From positions 61,630,001 to 61,694,000 of the forward strand of contig NW_024704743.1 in assembly GCF_018977255.1 (NCBI RefSeq): DNA of 64,000 bases. The letters run 5' to 3'. The stretch comes from Callorhinchus milii (lineage: Eukaryota). Under the pieces are notes generated by a model, which saw nothing but the letters and a program-made list of their open reading frames with translations, was not told the DNA's origin and searched no databases. Numbering within the stretch: position 1 is the first letter of the stretch; the number at the start of each line of letters is the position of its first letter. The translations under genes were made by a program, and so were the position numbers. This document shows, one piece after another, positions 39,292 to 50,760 of the stretch.

Positions 39292-39710
39292 TTTATTTAG
39301 TCAACCGGATATCTGACACATGCAGAAACCTATTGAAGTTTCTCTGTCTGGAAAGGAATGAGACTCTCCCTCGAGGGACGTTAGGCTAATCCTAACCCTA
39401 ACCCAAACCCTAACACTAACCCTTGGCTTGGCAAAAGCCATGGCTTGGAGTTCCCAGAGTATGTATTGGGATACTGCTGGAGTTCAACCAGCAAAAGCAT
39501 TTCGCTCACAAAATATACAGTCAATTCACTTTAGAGTGTATCTTGTGAAGAGCTTTGAGACTCTTGGACGACGTGATAAGTGCTATTTTAAACACAAGGA
39601 TTATTATCATTATTATTAAAACCACATAGTTTACCAATGACAGCACTGTCTGGCAAGCTTCCCACTGCTTGTCCAGCTACTAGCACCCTACCCATTAGGG
39701 CTTTGGCTTG
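39292..39710 (-). repeat. Unclassified dispersed repeat with internal deletion, telomere-like tract and nested SINE tail
   Basis: Matches the 19255-19592 copy at both ends (plus strand TTTAGTCAACCGGATATCTGACACATGCAGAAAC and ACCCTACCCATTAGGGCTTTGGCTT). A SINE tail is inserted at ~39500-39618. Confidence 0.75.
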
Positions 39711-39929
39711 CAGGGTTAACAGGAAGCGAGTAGAAGAGTCCCTTCCCTTAGTGACTGGTCAGCTCCTTCAAGTCCTGCCGAGAGCAAGGTTGGATGTGCT
39801 GTCATCAGCAATGCCCTGGAATACTGCAAACCCACCTTGTCCACTTCGCCACAAGGATCGAAGTACCGCCACAAAGGATCAAAGTAATTCCAACATTCCA
39901 CTGCTGAGCGCGTCACCTCCGAACCAGTT

Positions 39930-40440
39930 CATAGAATCATAGAATTATATAGCACAGAAGGAGGCCATTCGGCCCATCATGTCTGTGCCAGCTCTTTGAA
40001 AAGAGCTGTCCAATTCAATCCCATTCCCCCGCGCTCTCCCCATAGCCCTGCAAACTTGTCCTCCCCAATTCCTTGGCGTTCAGCTCCAAGGAATTTTCGT
40101 TTACTTGCACCCTACCCTCCCAACCAGAGGGATAGTCAATTATCCCTATTTATGCCATCTGGCCACTGACTCACCAATCAGTGGTAATAATTTCTTCCTA
40201 TCTACTCATTTCAAAAACGCACATAGTTTTAAACATCTCTATCACGTCTCCCCTCAACCTTTTTTCCAGTGAAAACAGACCACGTTGTTCTAATCTCTGC
40301 TCAGTGGTCAAACCATCCATCCACTCGTGTTTATTGGAGATCCCAGTAAATCTCCATTGCATCCTCCCTATGGCCATGACATCCTTTCTAAAGTGAGGTG
40401 ACTAAGCCTGGACACAGTACTCTATCTGAGGTCTAACATA
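39930..40440 (-). mobile_element. CR1 3' fragments
   Basis: Plus strand TCATAGAATCATAGAATTATATAGCACAGAAGGAGGCCATTCGGCCCATC, the same subfamily as 16136, followed by an older CR1 segment. Confidence 0.8.
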
Positions 40441-40850
40441 TGATATATGCGAGTTGTCTACAGGCTATACACCTGATTATCTCTGGACTGGAAGCCTATG
40501 TATTCCAGAGGGAGTTATTGACCCAGAGCCAATTCAAAGCTGGGTCAACCCAAATAAACACCTTGTGCTGAGAGCTGGTGCAGACTCAATGGGCAGAATG
40601 GCTTCCTACTATGCTGTAAATTTCTATAATTCTACGAAGGCCAGTTGCTAATTCAAGTTACTTTCAAATAGGGAGTTGAATTTTCTGCATGTCAAGCTCC
40701 TGCTTACTGCTCCTGATGAGTTATTGCAGAGCCCTATTTCTCACTCTGACAAAACTGCATTTTCCTACTTGTGCCTGTGTCTGCACCAACTGTAATTCAT
40801 CTCCCAGGATCCATTAGCACAGCTCTGACACACTGTGAAAAGACATAGTG

Positions 40851-41046
40851 CTTCTGGAATGTGTTACGCAAAATTTGTTATCAATGATTAAAACGCATTC
40901 CCAGCTTCCCTCCAAATCCCTCACTCTTCTTCAAATACAAATGATAGCTACCTGGATATTGCAGGAAGCGTTAACGAGAATTGCTTGATAATCTGCCAAC
41001 TAAAATCAATTTAACGTTACTGCAATGCTCTGACAAATAGCACTAA
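40851..41046 (-). repeat. MER121-like ancient conserved repeat
   Basis: Minus strand AGTGCTATTTGTCAGAGCATTGCAGTAACG...TTATCAAGCAATTCTCGTTAACGCTTCCTG...CCAGGTAGCTATCATTTGTATTTGAAGAA...GGATTTGGAGGGAAGCTGGGAATGCGTTTTAATCATTGATAACAAATTTTGCG...CACATTCCAGAAG follows the MER121 core as recalled (not aligned). Confidence 0.75.
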
Positions 41047-42599
41047 CAGCTTCATGGTATTAGAAGATAAAAAATGCAACATGTAAATTGATAGCACTCC
41101 GAGATGCCACCCCGCGTGAAGGGTGCTATTCCAATGAAAGCTGTTATTATTACTGGTGTTATTTATCACCTCACCAAAAATTGCATACCAAACAAGTCCA
41201 TTTTTATTAAACCTTCATGGGTGTCCAAATATATAATAATAATCCTTGCATTTGATACAACGCCTTATCACTTCTTCGAGACATCTCAAAGCGCTTCACA
41301 TAATATACTGTACAGTGAATTGACATGACTGCGTGATCTTAGGCAGGTGGGACTTTGGTTTAACATGCCATCCAAAGGATAGCACCTGCAATATTGCACA
41401 GCTCCTCCAGGGAGTGTCAGCCTAAACTGCACTGGAGTGTCAGCCTAAACAGTTAGTTCCATTTCCTTCCAAGTAGCATGTATGCACTGGAGCATTTTTT
41501 CCATGGTTAATGTGGGGGGAATCTTTTTTNAATCCAGGCGGAGACTCCACTTTGCAGACCATGATTCGTACAATTTTAATTATCCTCCCAAGGAATCTCT
41601 TGATATGTTTGAATTATAAGCCAAGTCAAACACATTCCAGTTGTAGCCGGTAATCCAACTCACCTGCCAATACACCTGGTTCATACTTTTATGTTGGTGA
41701 AGCACTGCTTTCAAAGACCAGTTCATTGCTGTTCTCCTGTCACTTTTCATACAGGGCTCACAATTGAATTCAAAAGTGGAAGCCGCTCCAGTATAAAGAT
41801 CTCCATGGCAACGCACTGAAGTCACCACAGAGTGAACAATTGCAGATGCTGCTTAGAAATGAGTCCAAAATAAAACTCGGCCAAATTTGGTTGTTTTTCT
41901 CATCTATTTTGGAAAGTAAAAAGCATTTCTTAAACAGAAGCTGTCATATTGAGGACCAGGAAATATGATGCGATGTAAAACAAGTTTATATGTAACCAAC
42001 CAGTCCTCCAAGTATGGAATTTATTTGTAACAATCTTGGTTTAAATCTGAATGCAATATATACTGTATATACTGCATTAATATACAACAATTCGTCTTTA
42101 AGTGACCACACAGAAAGTACAGTATCAAAAGACGTAGTTGGGGGCTCAACAGCAGGCCCATATAATGATGGAGTCCGGTGACTCATTCTTTGGATGGAGA
42201 CAGAGAGGACAGCTAGAGAGAGAAAGAAAGTAATAATATTCCTTACATTTGATATAGCGATCATGCCAGGAGAACGTCTCAAAGTACTTCACAGGAAGGT
42301 GTAAGTGACTGTGCATTTTGCAGGCGAATGCGGCAACCAATTTTGTGCAGGGCAATATCCCACAGATAGCCATGAGGTGAATGACCAATTTTATTTGGGG
42401 GGATTGTTGGCCAGGAAACCAAGAGGAACTCCCTTCTCTTTTTGAATAGTTAATGTTAAAGATTCCACGGTACTGTTCAAAAATAAAAGGAAAGGGACAC
42501 AGAGAGAAATATAAAGATATAAAGGGAAAGAGAAAGAAGGGAGGAAATACATGACGGAGGGAGAGGGAGAAGGGAATAGATGTCAGGCCAGCTTTTTCC

Positions 42600-43300
42600 C
42601 GATCCACTTCGTTGTGGGTTCAATCCCCACCTCAGGACCTTGAACTCACAGTCTACATTGCAGTGCTGGGGTGTGCTGCATTTTGGGAGGTGCCGTTCTA
42701 GAGATGAGACATTAAACCATGATGACTGTGGAATCCTGTAGCTCAGCGGTTAGAGCACTCGCTTTGCAAGCGAGAGACCTGAGTTCAATTCCAGGCAGAG
42801 GGCGAAACCTTGGGCAAGTTTCCTTACTTCACACAGAGCCTAATAATAATCCCTCCAAAAACCCAAAACAATAATAAATTGGTCATTTTCAATCCAGGAC
42901 TGTTTATGGGACATTGCTGTGCGCAATTGGCTGCTGCGTTCGCCCACAAATATGCAGTCAATTCACTTTACAGTGTGTTCTGTGAAGCGTTTTGGGACGT
43001 CCTCCCGACGTGAAAAGCGCTATATCAAATACGAGGATTATTATTATTATTATAAACCTTTCTGCCTGAACAGATGGACTTTAAAAATCCCATTAAGCTA
43101 TTCGAATAAGATAGATATTATATGAAATTGGTCATTCACATCATGGCTGTTTGTGGGACATTGCTGTGCACAATTCCAACCATTTGCAACAGTCCATCAA
43201 CTAAAAGTAATAAACTGAAGTCATCTTACGAAAAAAAATGGAAATTGTATTTGCCTAAAAATACAGTCTTTCAGTAAATTCTGTAAAGTGCGTTTAGAGA
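42600..43300 (+). mobile_element. Deu-domain SINE split by a young short-subfamily SINE
   Basis: GGAGGTGCCGTTCTAGAGATGAGACATTAAACC ends at ~42720; the element resumes at ~43055 with TCTGCCTGAACAGATGGAC...AAAATCCC. Confidence 0.7.
42730..43053 (+). mobile_element. tRNA-Ala-derived SINE, short subfamily
   Basis: Full head, short body, tail GGGACGTCCTCCCGACGTGAAAAGCGCTATATC...(TTA)n. Confidence 0.92.
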
Positions 43301-43819
43301 TTCTTCGGACATAATTTAAACACCCACATGTGGAAAGCGGGGTCTACATTGTAACCTGAATTAACAGACTCCTTAATTAGAAAATATGAATGATTTGGAC
43401 CTGCAGGAGGGTCCACCCACCCTCACAGCATTCTCAACAGCAATGTCCTATAAGGGGTTATGATGAAAGGTTGGTATTGGAATTTAAAGATCTACCAAAT
43501 AATGAATAAACTGATGGAACGCTCGGTGCGCTGATCATCTCCTATGTTCTTATGTCTTGAACCATTTGCTCATGGAGGAATTGTGTTTGGCAACTTCAGG
43601 AGAATTGTGATCCAACAAACCCAAAAGTCATTACCAGTGAGCTGGGAGAGGAATGTATGAATTGATTTCAGGATGTCAGCTTTGTCACTCGGGAAATGGG
43701 GTCCCTTTGCAAGCATAGAAAATTATGTCTTCAACAACAACGACAACATGCATTTATATAGCATTCCTCATGTAGGGTAATATCTCCGAGCCCTTCACAA
43801 AGACAGGGTTGGATGCCAA

Positions 43820-44230
43820 GCAACAACAACAACAACTTGGATTTATATAGCGCCCTCCACGCCGGACGGCGTCTCAGAGCGCTTCACAGTAACGGATCCC
43901 GGGGCCGAGCCAGGGGGAGGGGGAGGAAGGTGACCAAAGGCGCGGTCGAAAAGAAAGGTCTTCAGCTGAGACCTGAAAATAGGAAGAGAGGGAACGAGGT
44001 GAAGGGAGTGAGGAAGGAAGTTCCAGAGCCTCAGGGCATAGTGGCTGAAGGCACGGCTGCCGAGGGTGGAGCTGAGGACTCAGGGGACAAGGAGGAGCCA
44101 GACCCGGTGGAACGAAGACAACGGGCACTGTTGTGAGGAGGGAGGCGGTCAGAGAGGTGGGGGGGTGCAGAGGAGTGGAGGGATTTGAAGACAAGAGTGG
44201 GAATCTTGAAGTCAAAGTCGATCTTGAAGC
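43820..44230 (-). mobile_element. L2 LINE 3' fragment, young subfamily B
   Basis: IDFDFKIPTLVFKSLH...PPHLSD motifs; CpG-retaining tail GAGACGCCGTCCGGCGTGGAGGGCGCTATATAAATCCAA(GTT)n. Confidence 0.92.
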
Positions 44231-44477
44231 AACAAAGAAGGAGAAGAAGGGATGGGGAATGGGACAATATCATGGTATAATGAGCAAATACAACCTGGAT
44301 TAGAGCAGTATTTCCCAAATAATGATATGTGCTAAGCATAAATCCAGAAAGGCAGTACCTGAGCTTTTCAGCCAGCTGTGGGTGCTTTATTAATCAGAAA
44401 TCATGGGTGGTTCAGTATTTCACACACATTAATACTTAATCAAAGAATAGAATGTATTTAAGAATGGCACCATTATG

Positions 44478-44500
44478 CCCCCCCCCCCCCCCCCCCCCCC
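44478..44500. repeat. Poly(C) homopolymer, 23 nt
   Basis: Seen directly. A G-rich run also lies at ~57334-57357. Confidence 0.9.
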
Positions 44501-45479
44501 ACCTCCTTGTGTTGGTTCTGGAGACATGATCTTTCTTTACTTTACGGCAATGTGATATTCACTTTGCCAAGTATTTTTTGGAAAAACTAAGATCACTCCA
44601 CTTAACAACCTAATAATCTCTCATCGTTCCTTTATATTTTTAAATATGAGGGTATTTAATCGTCGTAGTTTTATTCATCTCCCAACTCGCTCCCTTTCCA
44701 TTCTACGTGGCATAACTTGTCTTAGCCCTTATATTTTATACATAGTGCCTTTCACAATGGAAGGACGTCTCCACCCTACTGTAACAGTTGGATTGTAGTG
44801 AGATGCGATGGCGGTGTTACAGGTACATTCACTGCTTTGCTTTCATGTAAGATTTATTACTGAATTGAAGTATCTTACATAAGGCTGAAATATACTCCTA
44901 GAACAGTACTGTCCTGTGTGAGAGCTGAGTTGTTGCCTGTGAATATTGCCCCAGCCTCATCAAAAGTTGGAGAAGTGAATGATTAGCTTATGTAAATAAA
45001 AGTTTAACTTGGAAATGCACTCATTGACTTCACCTTGATGATATAAAGAAGGAAACAATATCTTGGGCACAGTATTTTACTTGCAATAATAATACATACT
45101 TGTATTTTGACAGTTAGCTGGGATCTGCTAGTTTCAGGCCTGTGGGTGTGGACCACAATTTTTAAATTTGCTTAACGTGTTACCAAACAAACAAAATGGA
45201 TGAAGCTGTAAAAATTATTCTGAGGATTGGGGAACTTTGAAATCACCTCTCAGGCAGTGCAGTGATGCTCCCTCGAGCTGTCTAGTTGTGTACAGCAGCA
45301 TCCATTGAGCTCCTGATCACAGCTGCATTGCTCAGTCAAGGCAGGTGAGCTCCACCATATGGAAAAAAAAGGGTTTTTAAGTTTTTAAGAGCAGCTTGAG
45401 TCTTGTCTTGAGAGCAGATTATCTGCATATCTGCAGGAGCTATGAGGGAGAGATAGAAAGTGCATGCACGTGCATATGT

Positions 45480-45837
45480 GGAACCCTGTAGCTTAGTGGT
45501 TAGAGCACTCCCCTCGCAAGTGAAAGACCTGGTTTTGATTCCCAGCAGGGCGAAACCTTAGGCAAGTTTCCTTACTCCACACGCCTCTGTTTACCTAGCA
45601 GTAAGTAGGAACCCAGTTGTTATTCGATTGGCAGATGCCTTTTCGGGGGTAATAATTCTTTTTTTAAAAAAAATAATAAATTGGTCACTTAATCCATGAC
45701 TTTTTGTGGGACATCGCTGCTGTGTTTCGCCCACAAAATATACAGTCAATTCACTTTACAGTATATTCTGTGAAGCACTTTGAGATGTCTCTAAGATGTG
45801 ATAAGGCGCTATATCAAATGCAAGGATTATTATTATT
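45480..45837 (+). mobile_element. tRNA-Ala-derived SINE, long subfamily
   Basis: Head plus CACGCCTCTGTTTACCTAGCAGTAAGTAGGAACCCAG, then tail GAGATGTCTCTAAGATGTGATAAGGCGC...(TTA)n. Confidence 0.9.
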
Positions 45838-46759
45838 GGAAGTTGATACACTGCCAAACCTTGGCCTCCATTTAATGATATTAAATCTGTGGACGACACA
45901 AATTCAATACTTTCAGAACGCAATGTCTGCAGGGTTTAAAATGATGGAGGCCAAAACTCACTTAGTTAAAAAACAACTATGCAAACTATCAGTGTGGGTG
46001 TCTCCTTCACTTATAAACTTGAGTCCCTTCAGTCTTTAAAATCTTAATGGCTGCAATTACATTTTTCTTTTTTGGGCTACAGAATGACAAACTTCTTTTA
46101 CAAATGATATGGACTTTATTCTGTGGAGGAATATTTAATGTATTCCCTATTAAAAGCACCATCTGGTTTCTGCCATCACAGTACCTGGTCCAAAGTAGAA
46201 ACCAGATGGTTCTTTTACAGCCGTATGCGGGCTGCAGCACAGCGTAACACATCATACATCAATGAAATATGGGTATGTGTGAGTTAATACTGCAGTGACA
46301 GCCCCAGGCCCATATTCACAGCCCTTCACTGAAAGCATTTGAGTTTCCAAAACTCACATCCTGCTGTTTAATGGTGAATTTGTCTCTGAGGGATAATACG
46401 TGAAAAGGATTTATGTTTCGTGAAAGAGTTTCCAAAATAAATTATACAAATGTGCTCATAAAGACTGAAATACCAGCAAAGGTAGATAAAATCAATCCAT
46501 AAAGTGAAGCAGAGGCAGTTTAATCAAGGGGGGCGTATCGAAATCCATACATCACGATTGAAATTGGACAATTTTATTTGATCTAAAATGCTGTTGTGTA
46601 ACAATTCAATGCTCATAGTACTGAAGGGATGAAATTCTATACACAACATTTGGGCTGTAGATATGCAAAGATGGTTCAATTTGAGGAGCAACAGCAGTAG
46701 ATGCTGTCATGGACAACATAGTCATACATATCAAATTCCTGTTGGTTGCATTTCTTTCA

Positions 46760-47300
46760 GTGCAATGCCACTCTCACCTGTAGGTCAGAAAGGGTTGTGT
46801 TCCAACTCCCGTGTCATAGTTCAATCTGACACTTCAATGCAATGTTGGGGAGCTCCACCCTTAAGTGAGACACTAAACCAATGACCCATTTGCCTGTTCA
46901 GATCATCAGGTGAAGCCATGGCACTATTTGAAAGGAGAAGGGAGTTTCTCCCATTGTCCTGGCTAACCATCCTCCGGATAAATAATGTAGGTCATTCACT
47001 GTTTGTAAGATGTTGCTGTGCACAAATTGGCTGCCACCTTCACCTACAAATACAACACAACAACAAAATTACATTTATAGAGCGCCTTTCACATCAGGAG
47101 AACGTCCCAGGGTGCTGGACAGTCAGGGGTCAGGACACGAGCATGGGGGAGGGGTGGGGTAGGGGTGAGGGAAGGCAGAGAGGTGGGAGGACGACCGAAG
47201 GCACGATATACAGTCATTACACTTTACAATATATCCCGTGAAGCATGTTGAGACATCCTCCTGACGTAAAAGGCACTCTACCGAATACAACAATTATTAT
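46760..47300 (+). mobile_element. Deu-domain SINE with a nested minus-strand L2 3' end (~47053-47205)
   Basis: Deu core and tail flank CAACAAAATTACATTTATAGAGCGCCTTTCAC. Confidence 0.7.
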
Positions 47301-48399
47301 TGTAAGGATACCAGGTGCCAGTGATCTTGCCAAGAATATTGTTGTCTGCCTCACAGAAGAACAATTCATAGAATGGAGAGAAGGAAAGAGAAACTTTGAA
47401 GCTATGCCTCAATACTTACAATATCTCAAAATGCATTACTTCTGGTCCCTGACACACTGTTATGTCAATGATCAGCATGCCAACACTGTTCTGTATGACA
47501 ACTGAGCACTTCGCAGACAAGGATATGCCAGGCAGGTTAAAATGACGATGGGAAGGAAATTTCAAATCAGTCCTTTGGACTAGTAAACATAATTCTGGCT
47601 TGAAACATGTTAAATAAAAATGATCACTATTTTATAATCATAATAAAAACTACTATTCTTTATTAAATAAACTAAATATTATAATCTATCCCAAACTTTA
47701 TGCAAAACTGTATTGAATTCCCCTTTAATGCTTGTTGAAACATAATGATGCATTCCTTTCTACTTTAATCAAATTATACCTGTTCCATTGCCCTATAATT
47801 GCCAGATGCAGAATGTTTAATAGTCATACTAAAGTAAGATTGTGTAGAGCTGAACATAAATTGATACCATTCCAGGTCTCTTGTTGTAATGTATCTCTCT
47901 ATTTACTTGAAGATTTACAGTAAAGACTATTTACTGCTGATGACTCAGTAAGCTGCATGTGCACTTGGACTAGCTGTCATAATAATAATCTTTACACTTA
48001 ACATAGCATTTCATGTTGAGAGGACGTATCAAAGTGTATATACTGTAAAGTGGAATGACTGTGTTTTGTATTTTTCTGTCCAGCATAAATATAGGAATGA
48101 ATGCATTCTATGTAACTCAGTCCATTAAACACTGGACGTTGGTCCATAAAGTTCTGGGGTCAAATACTCAGACTGTCATAGTTTTGAGGTAAATAGAATG
48201 AATCTCCTTGGAGGTAAGTGGGATCCCCTGGCAAACTGTAGATCGATAGGAAGTCACAACACTGACAATGATTGACCAGAATTTATGGCTCACCAATGAG
48301 AGCTGAAAGTGCAGTCATGCCTTCAAGCAATGCTTTAGTGGGTCAATTGGTCGTAACAGGATAAGTACCATAAAACTCACCAGTGCTTTGTATTGATAA

Positions 48400-48697
48400 G
48401 CTGCCTTCGTTCCTCCGGGTCTGGCCTCCTCCTCGTCCCCCGAGTCCTCTGCTCCACCCTCGGCGGCCGTGCCTTCAGCCACTATGCCCCGAGGCTCTGG
48501 AACTCCCTTCCTCACTCCCTTCGTCTCGCTCCCTCCTTTCCCATTTTCAGATCTCTGCTGAAGACCTTTCTTTTCGACCGCGCCTTTGGTCACCTTTTCC
48601 CTCCCTCCCCCTGGCTCGGTCCCGGGATCCGTTACTATAAAGCGCTCTGAGACGCTGTCCGGCGTGGAGGGTGCTATATAAATCCAAGTTGTTGTTG
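48400..48697 (+). mobile_element. L2 LINE 3' fragment, young subfamily B
   Basis: LRSSGSGLLLVPR...GGRAFSHYAPRLWNSLPHSLR...FRSLLKTFLF, followed by the tail. Confidence 0.92.
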
Positions 48698-48878
48698 TAG
48701 TTATCATGATACAGTGTTATGGTATCACTGCAATGCCAAACACTGGGCCAATTTTAGACAAAGTACCAACTCCTATGTAGAGGACCACAAGATGAATTTG
48801 GACTATAAATGGGCTACGTTCTAATGCCACTCACATGCAACTTCTCACACTTCCTCAGCTCTTCCTTGCGCTCATTTG

Positions 48879-49330
48879 CAACAACAACAGTAACAAATTA
48901 CATTTGTATAGCGCCTTTCACATTGTGAGGACATCCCAAGCCACTGGACAGTCAAAGATTTGCACCCGAGCTTGGGGTTGTGATCAGGAGGGGTGGAGGG
49001 CGGGGAGGTAGGGGTAAGAGGGTGACCAAAGGCACAGTTGAAGAGGAAGGTTGTGAGACCAGCCTTGAAAGAGGCAAAGGAGGGGGCGAAGCGATAGAAC
49101 AGTTCCAAAGGGTTGGGGCAGAAAGGTTGAAGGCCCGAAGGCCAATGGTGGGGCAAACCGGGTGTGGGACTTGCAGCAGGCCAGATCTCGCTGAGCGGAG
49201 GGAGGAGATAGCCAATATGGAATTAGCAGGTCACACAGGTAGGGAGGAGCAACACCGTGGAGGGCTTTGATAGCAAGAATGAGGATTTCGAACTGTATCC
49301 TTGGAGGTACAGGGAGCCAGTGGAGCCAGG
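48879..49330 (-). mobile_element. L2 LINE 3' fragment, subfamily A
   Basis: LHWLPVPPRIQFEILILAIKALHGVAPPYL; tail GTGAAAGGCGCTATACAAATGTAA. Confidence 0.9.
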
Positions 49331-50319
49331 AGGGGAACGGAGCCTGGTGCAGTGTTGCCCATCTACCATATAATCGCACTATATCAAAACGCACAGTATA
49401 TTGAAGCATGTTATTACAAGACTTCACGGTAACAGCAGGAAGGCTTCAACACAAACCTTCTCCCTGATGTCACTATGGATCAAAGATATCCTTCCCTTGT
49501 GCAAATAGATGGAGAGAAATTCCACCTGGGTTTAGATTTACTCTACACATGTAATGTGTTAGAACGTAGAGAATTTGGCAATTTTTTTGCATTTGAATCC
49601 AGTTTCCTGTAAATTTCTTTTAAAAACTACAAAAAGCTAGAGGTATCAGCCTAGCTCAGTTCGTAGCACTCACGGCTCTGAGTCTCACCATGTCAGTTCA
49701 CTGAACTCACAGCCTAGGCTCACACACTAATGTGGTGCTAGGGGAGCACTGCATTGTTGGAGATGTTATTGGCTTGGTGCCAATTGTAGCGCTGGCTAGC
49801 AACCATTTGTATTTCTAATGGTTCAGCAGAATGTACCTCCCTGACCTGTACTCAGCTGGTAACTAAATCCTGGTGTCAAGTAAGCAGCAAATAAATTGGA
49901 ACCAAACCAGCAAATACCTGAGGTGAAAACAAAAATCAGCAATAGATTCAGGTAATAAATATATTTAACTGAAGGCAAAATCAATATCACGAGTGCAGAA
50001 GGGAGAAAGCAGAAGGTCACATCTCGGTAGCCAAAGAGATAAAGACTTGAATTGCAAAGGTTAGTGCAACCGATCAGAAAAGGGCTGTGGTGTAGAAGAA
50101 CTACACACAAGGGAATAAGCTGAAGTTGTACAATTTAAAATAATTCTTCATCTTGCTGTATGGGCAAGAGATATAGATGTAGTCTATAAAGAGGACCAGA
50201 GAGATGCTACAGACCATCATTGCAATTCTTGTTCTTTATTATTAAAGATATGTTAAGTAAGATGGATAGACACAATCATCATGTAGCACATTGGGACAGA
50301 AGGGTTAAAAATCATCAAA

Positions 50320-50760
50320 TGGTTCAAGCCTCATGTGGGGTATTAGAGTCCATATAGTCTATGCTGATACTCCAATGTAGTACTGGGTGTGTGCTGTATT
50401 GTTGGAGGTGTCGTCCTTCAGATGAAACATTGAACCAAGGTCCCACTTCCCTGTTCGGATAGATGTAAAAGATCCCATGAGACTATTCGAAAAGAGAAAG
50501 GAGTTTGTCCTAGTGTCCTTGCCAACAATCCCCAAAATAATATTGGTCACTCACTTCACAATATTAATAATAATCCTCGCATTTGATATAGTGCCTTATT
50601 ATGTCGTCAAGACATCTCAAAGCGCTTCATAGAATATACTGTAAAGTGAATTGACTGTACATTTTGTAGACAAAATGAAATGGCTGTTTGTGGGATGTTG
50701 CTGTGCACAAATTGACTTGACAGTTTATGTTGTGTTCACTTACAAAATACACACTGCCAC
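50320..50760 (+). mobile_element. Deu-domain SINE with a nested inverted SINE tail (~50565-50670)
   Basis: GGAGGTGTCGTCCTTCAGATGAAACATTGAACCAAGGTCCC...AAAGATCCCATGAGACTATTCGAAAAGAG. Confidence 0.75.

Noticed and set aside
39795..39810. Hammerhead ribozyme core (CTGATGA on the minus strand)
   Set aside because: No stem II or GAAA could be placed downstream.
40456..40480. 5S rRNA-like start GTCTACAGGCTATACACCTGA
   Set aside because: Similarity is limited to ~20 nt, with no internal control region boxes following.
41530..41530. Ambiguous base N
   Set aside because: Assembly ambiguity, not a biological feature.
45253..45345. Coding exon ending at a strong CAG|GTGAGC donor
   Set aside because: All three frames from the nearest plausible acceptor contain stops.
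46155..46165. miR-29a identity (AGCACCATCTG)
   Set aside because: Only 11 nt match, on the wrong (5') arm, and the remainder differs from miR-29.
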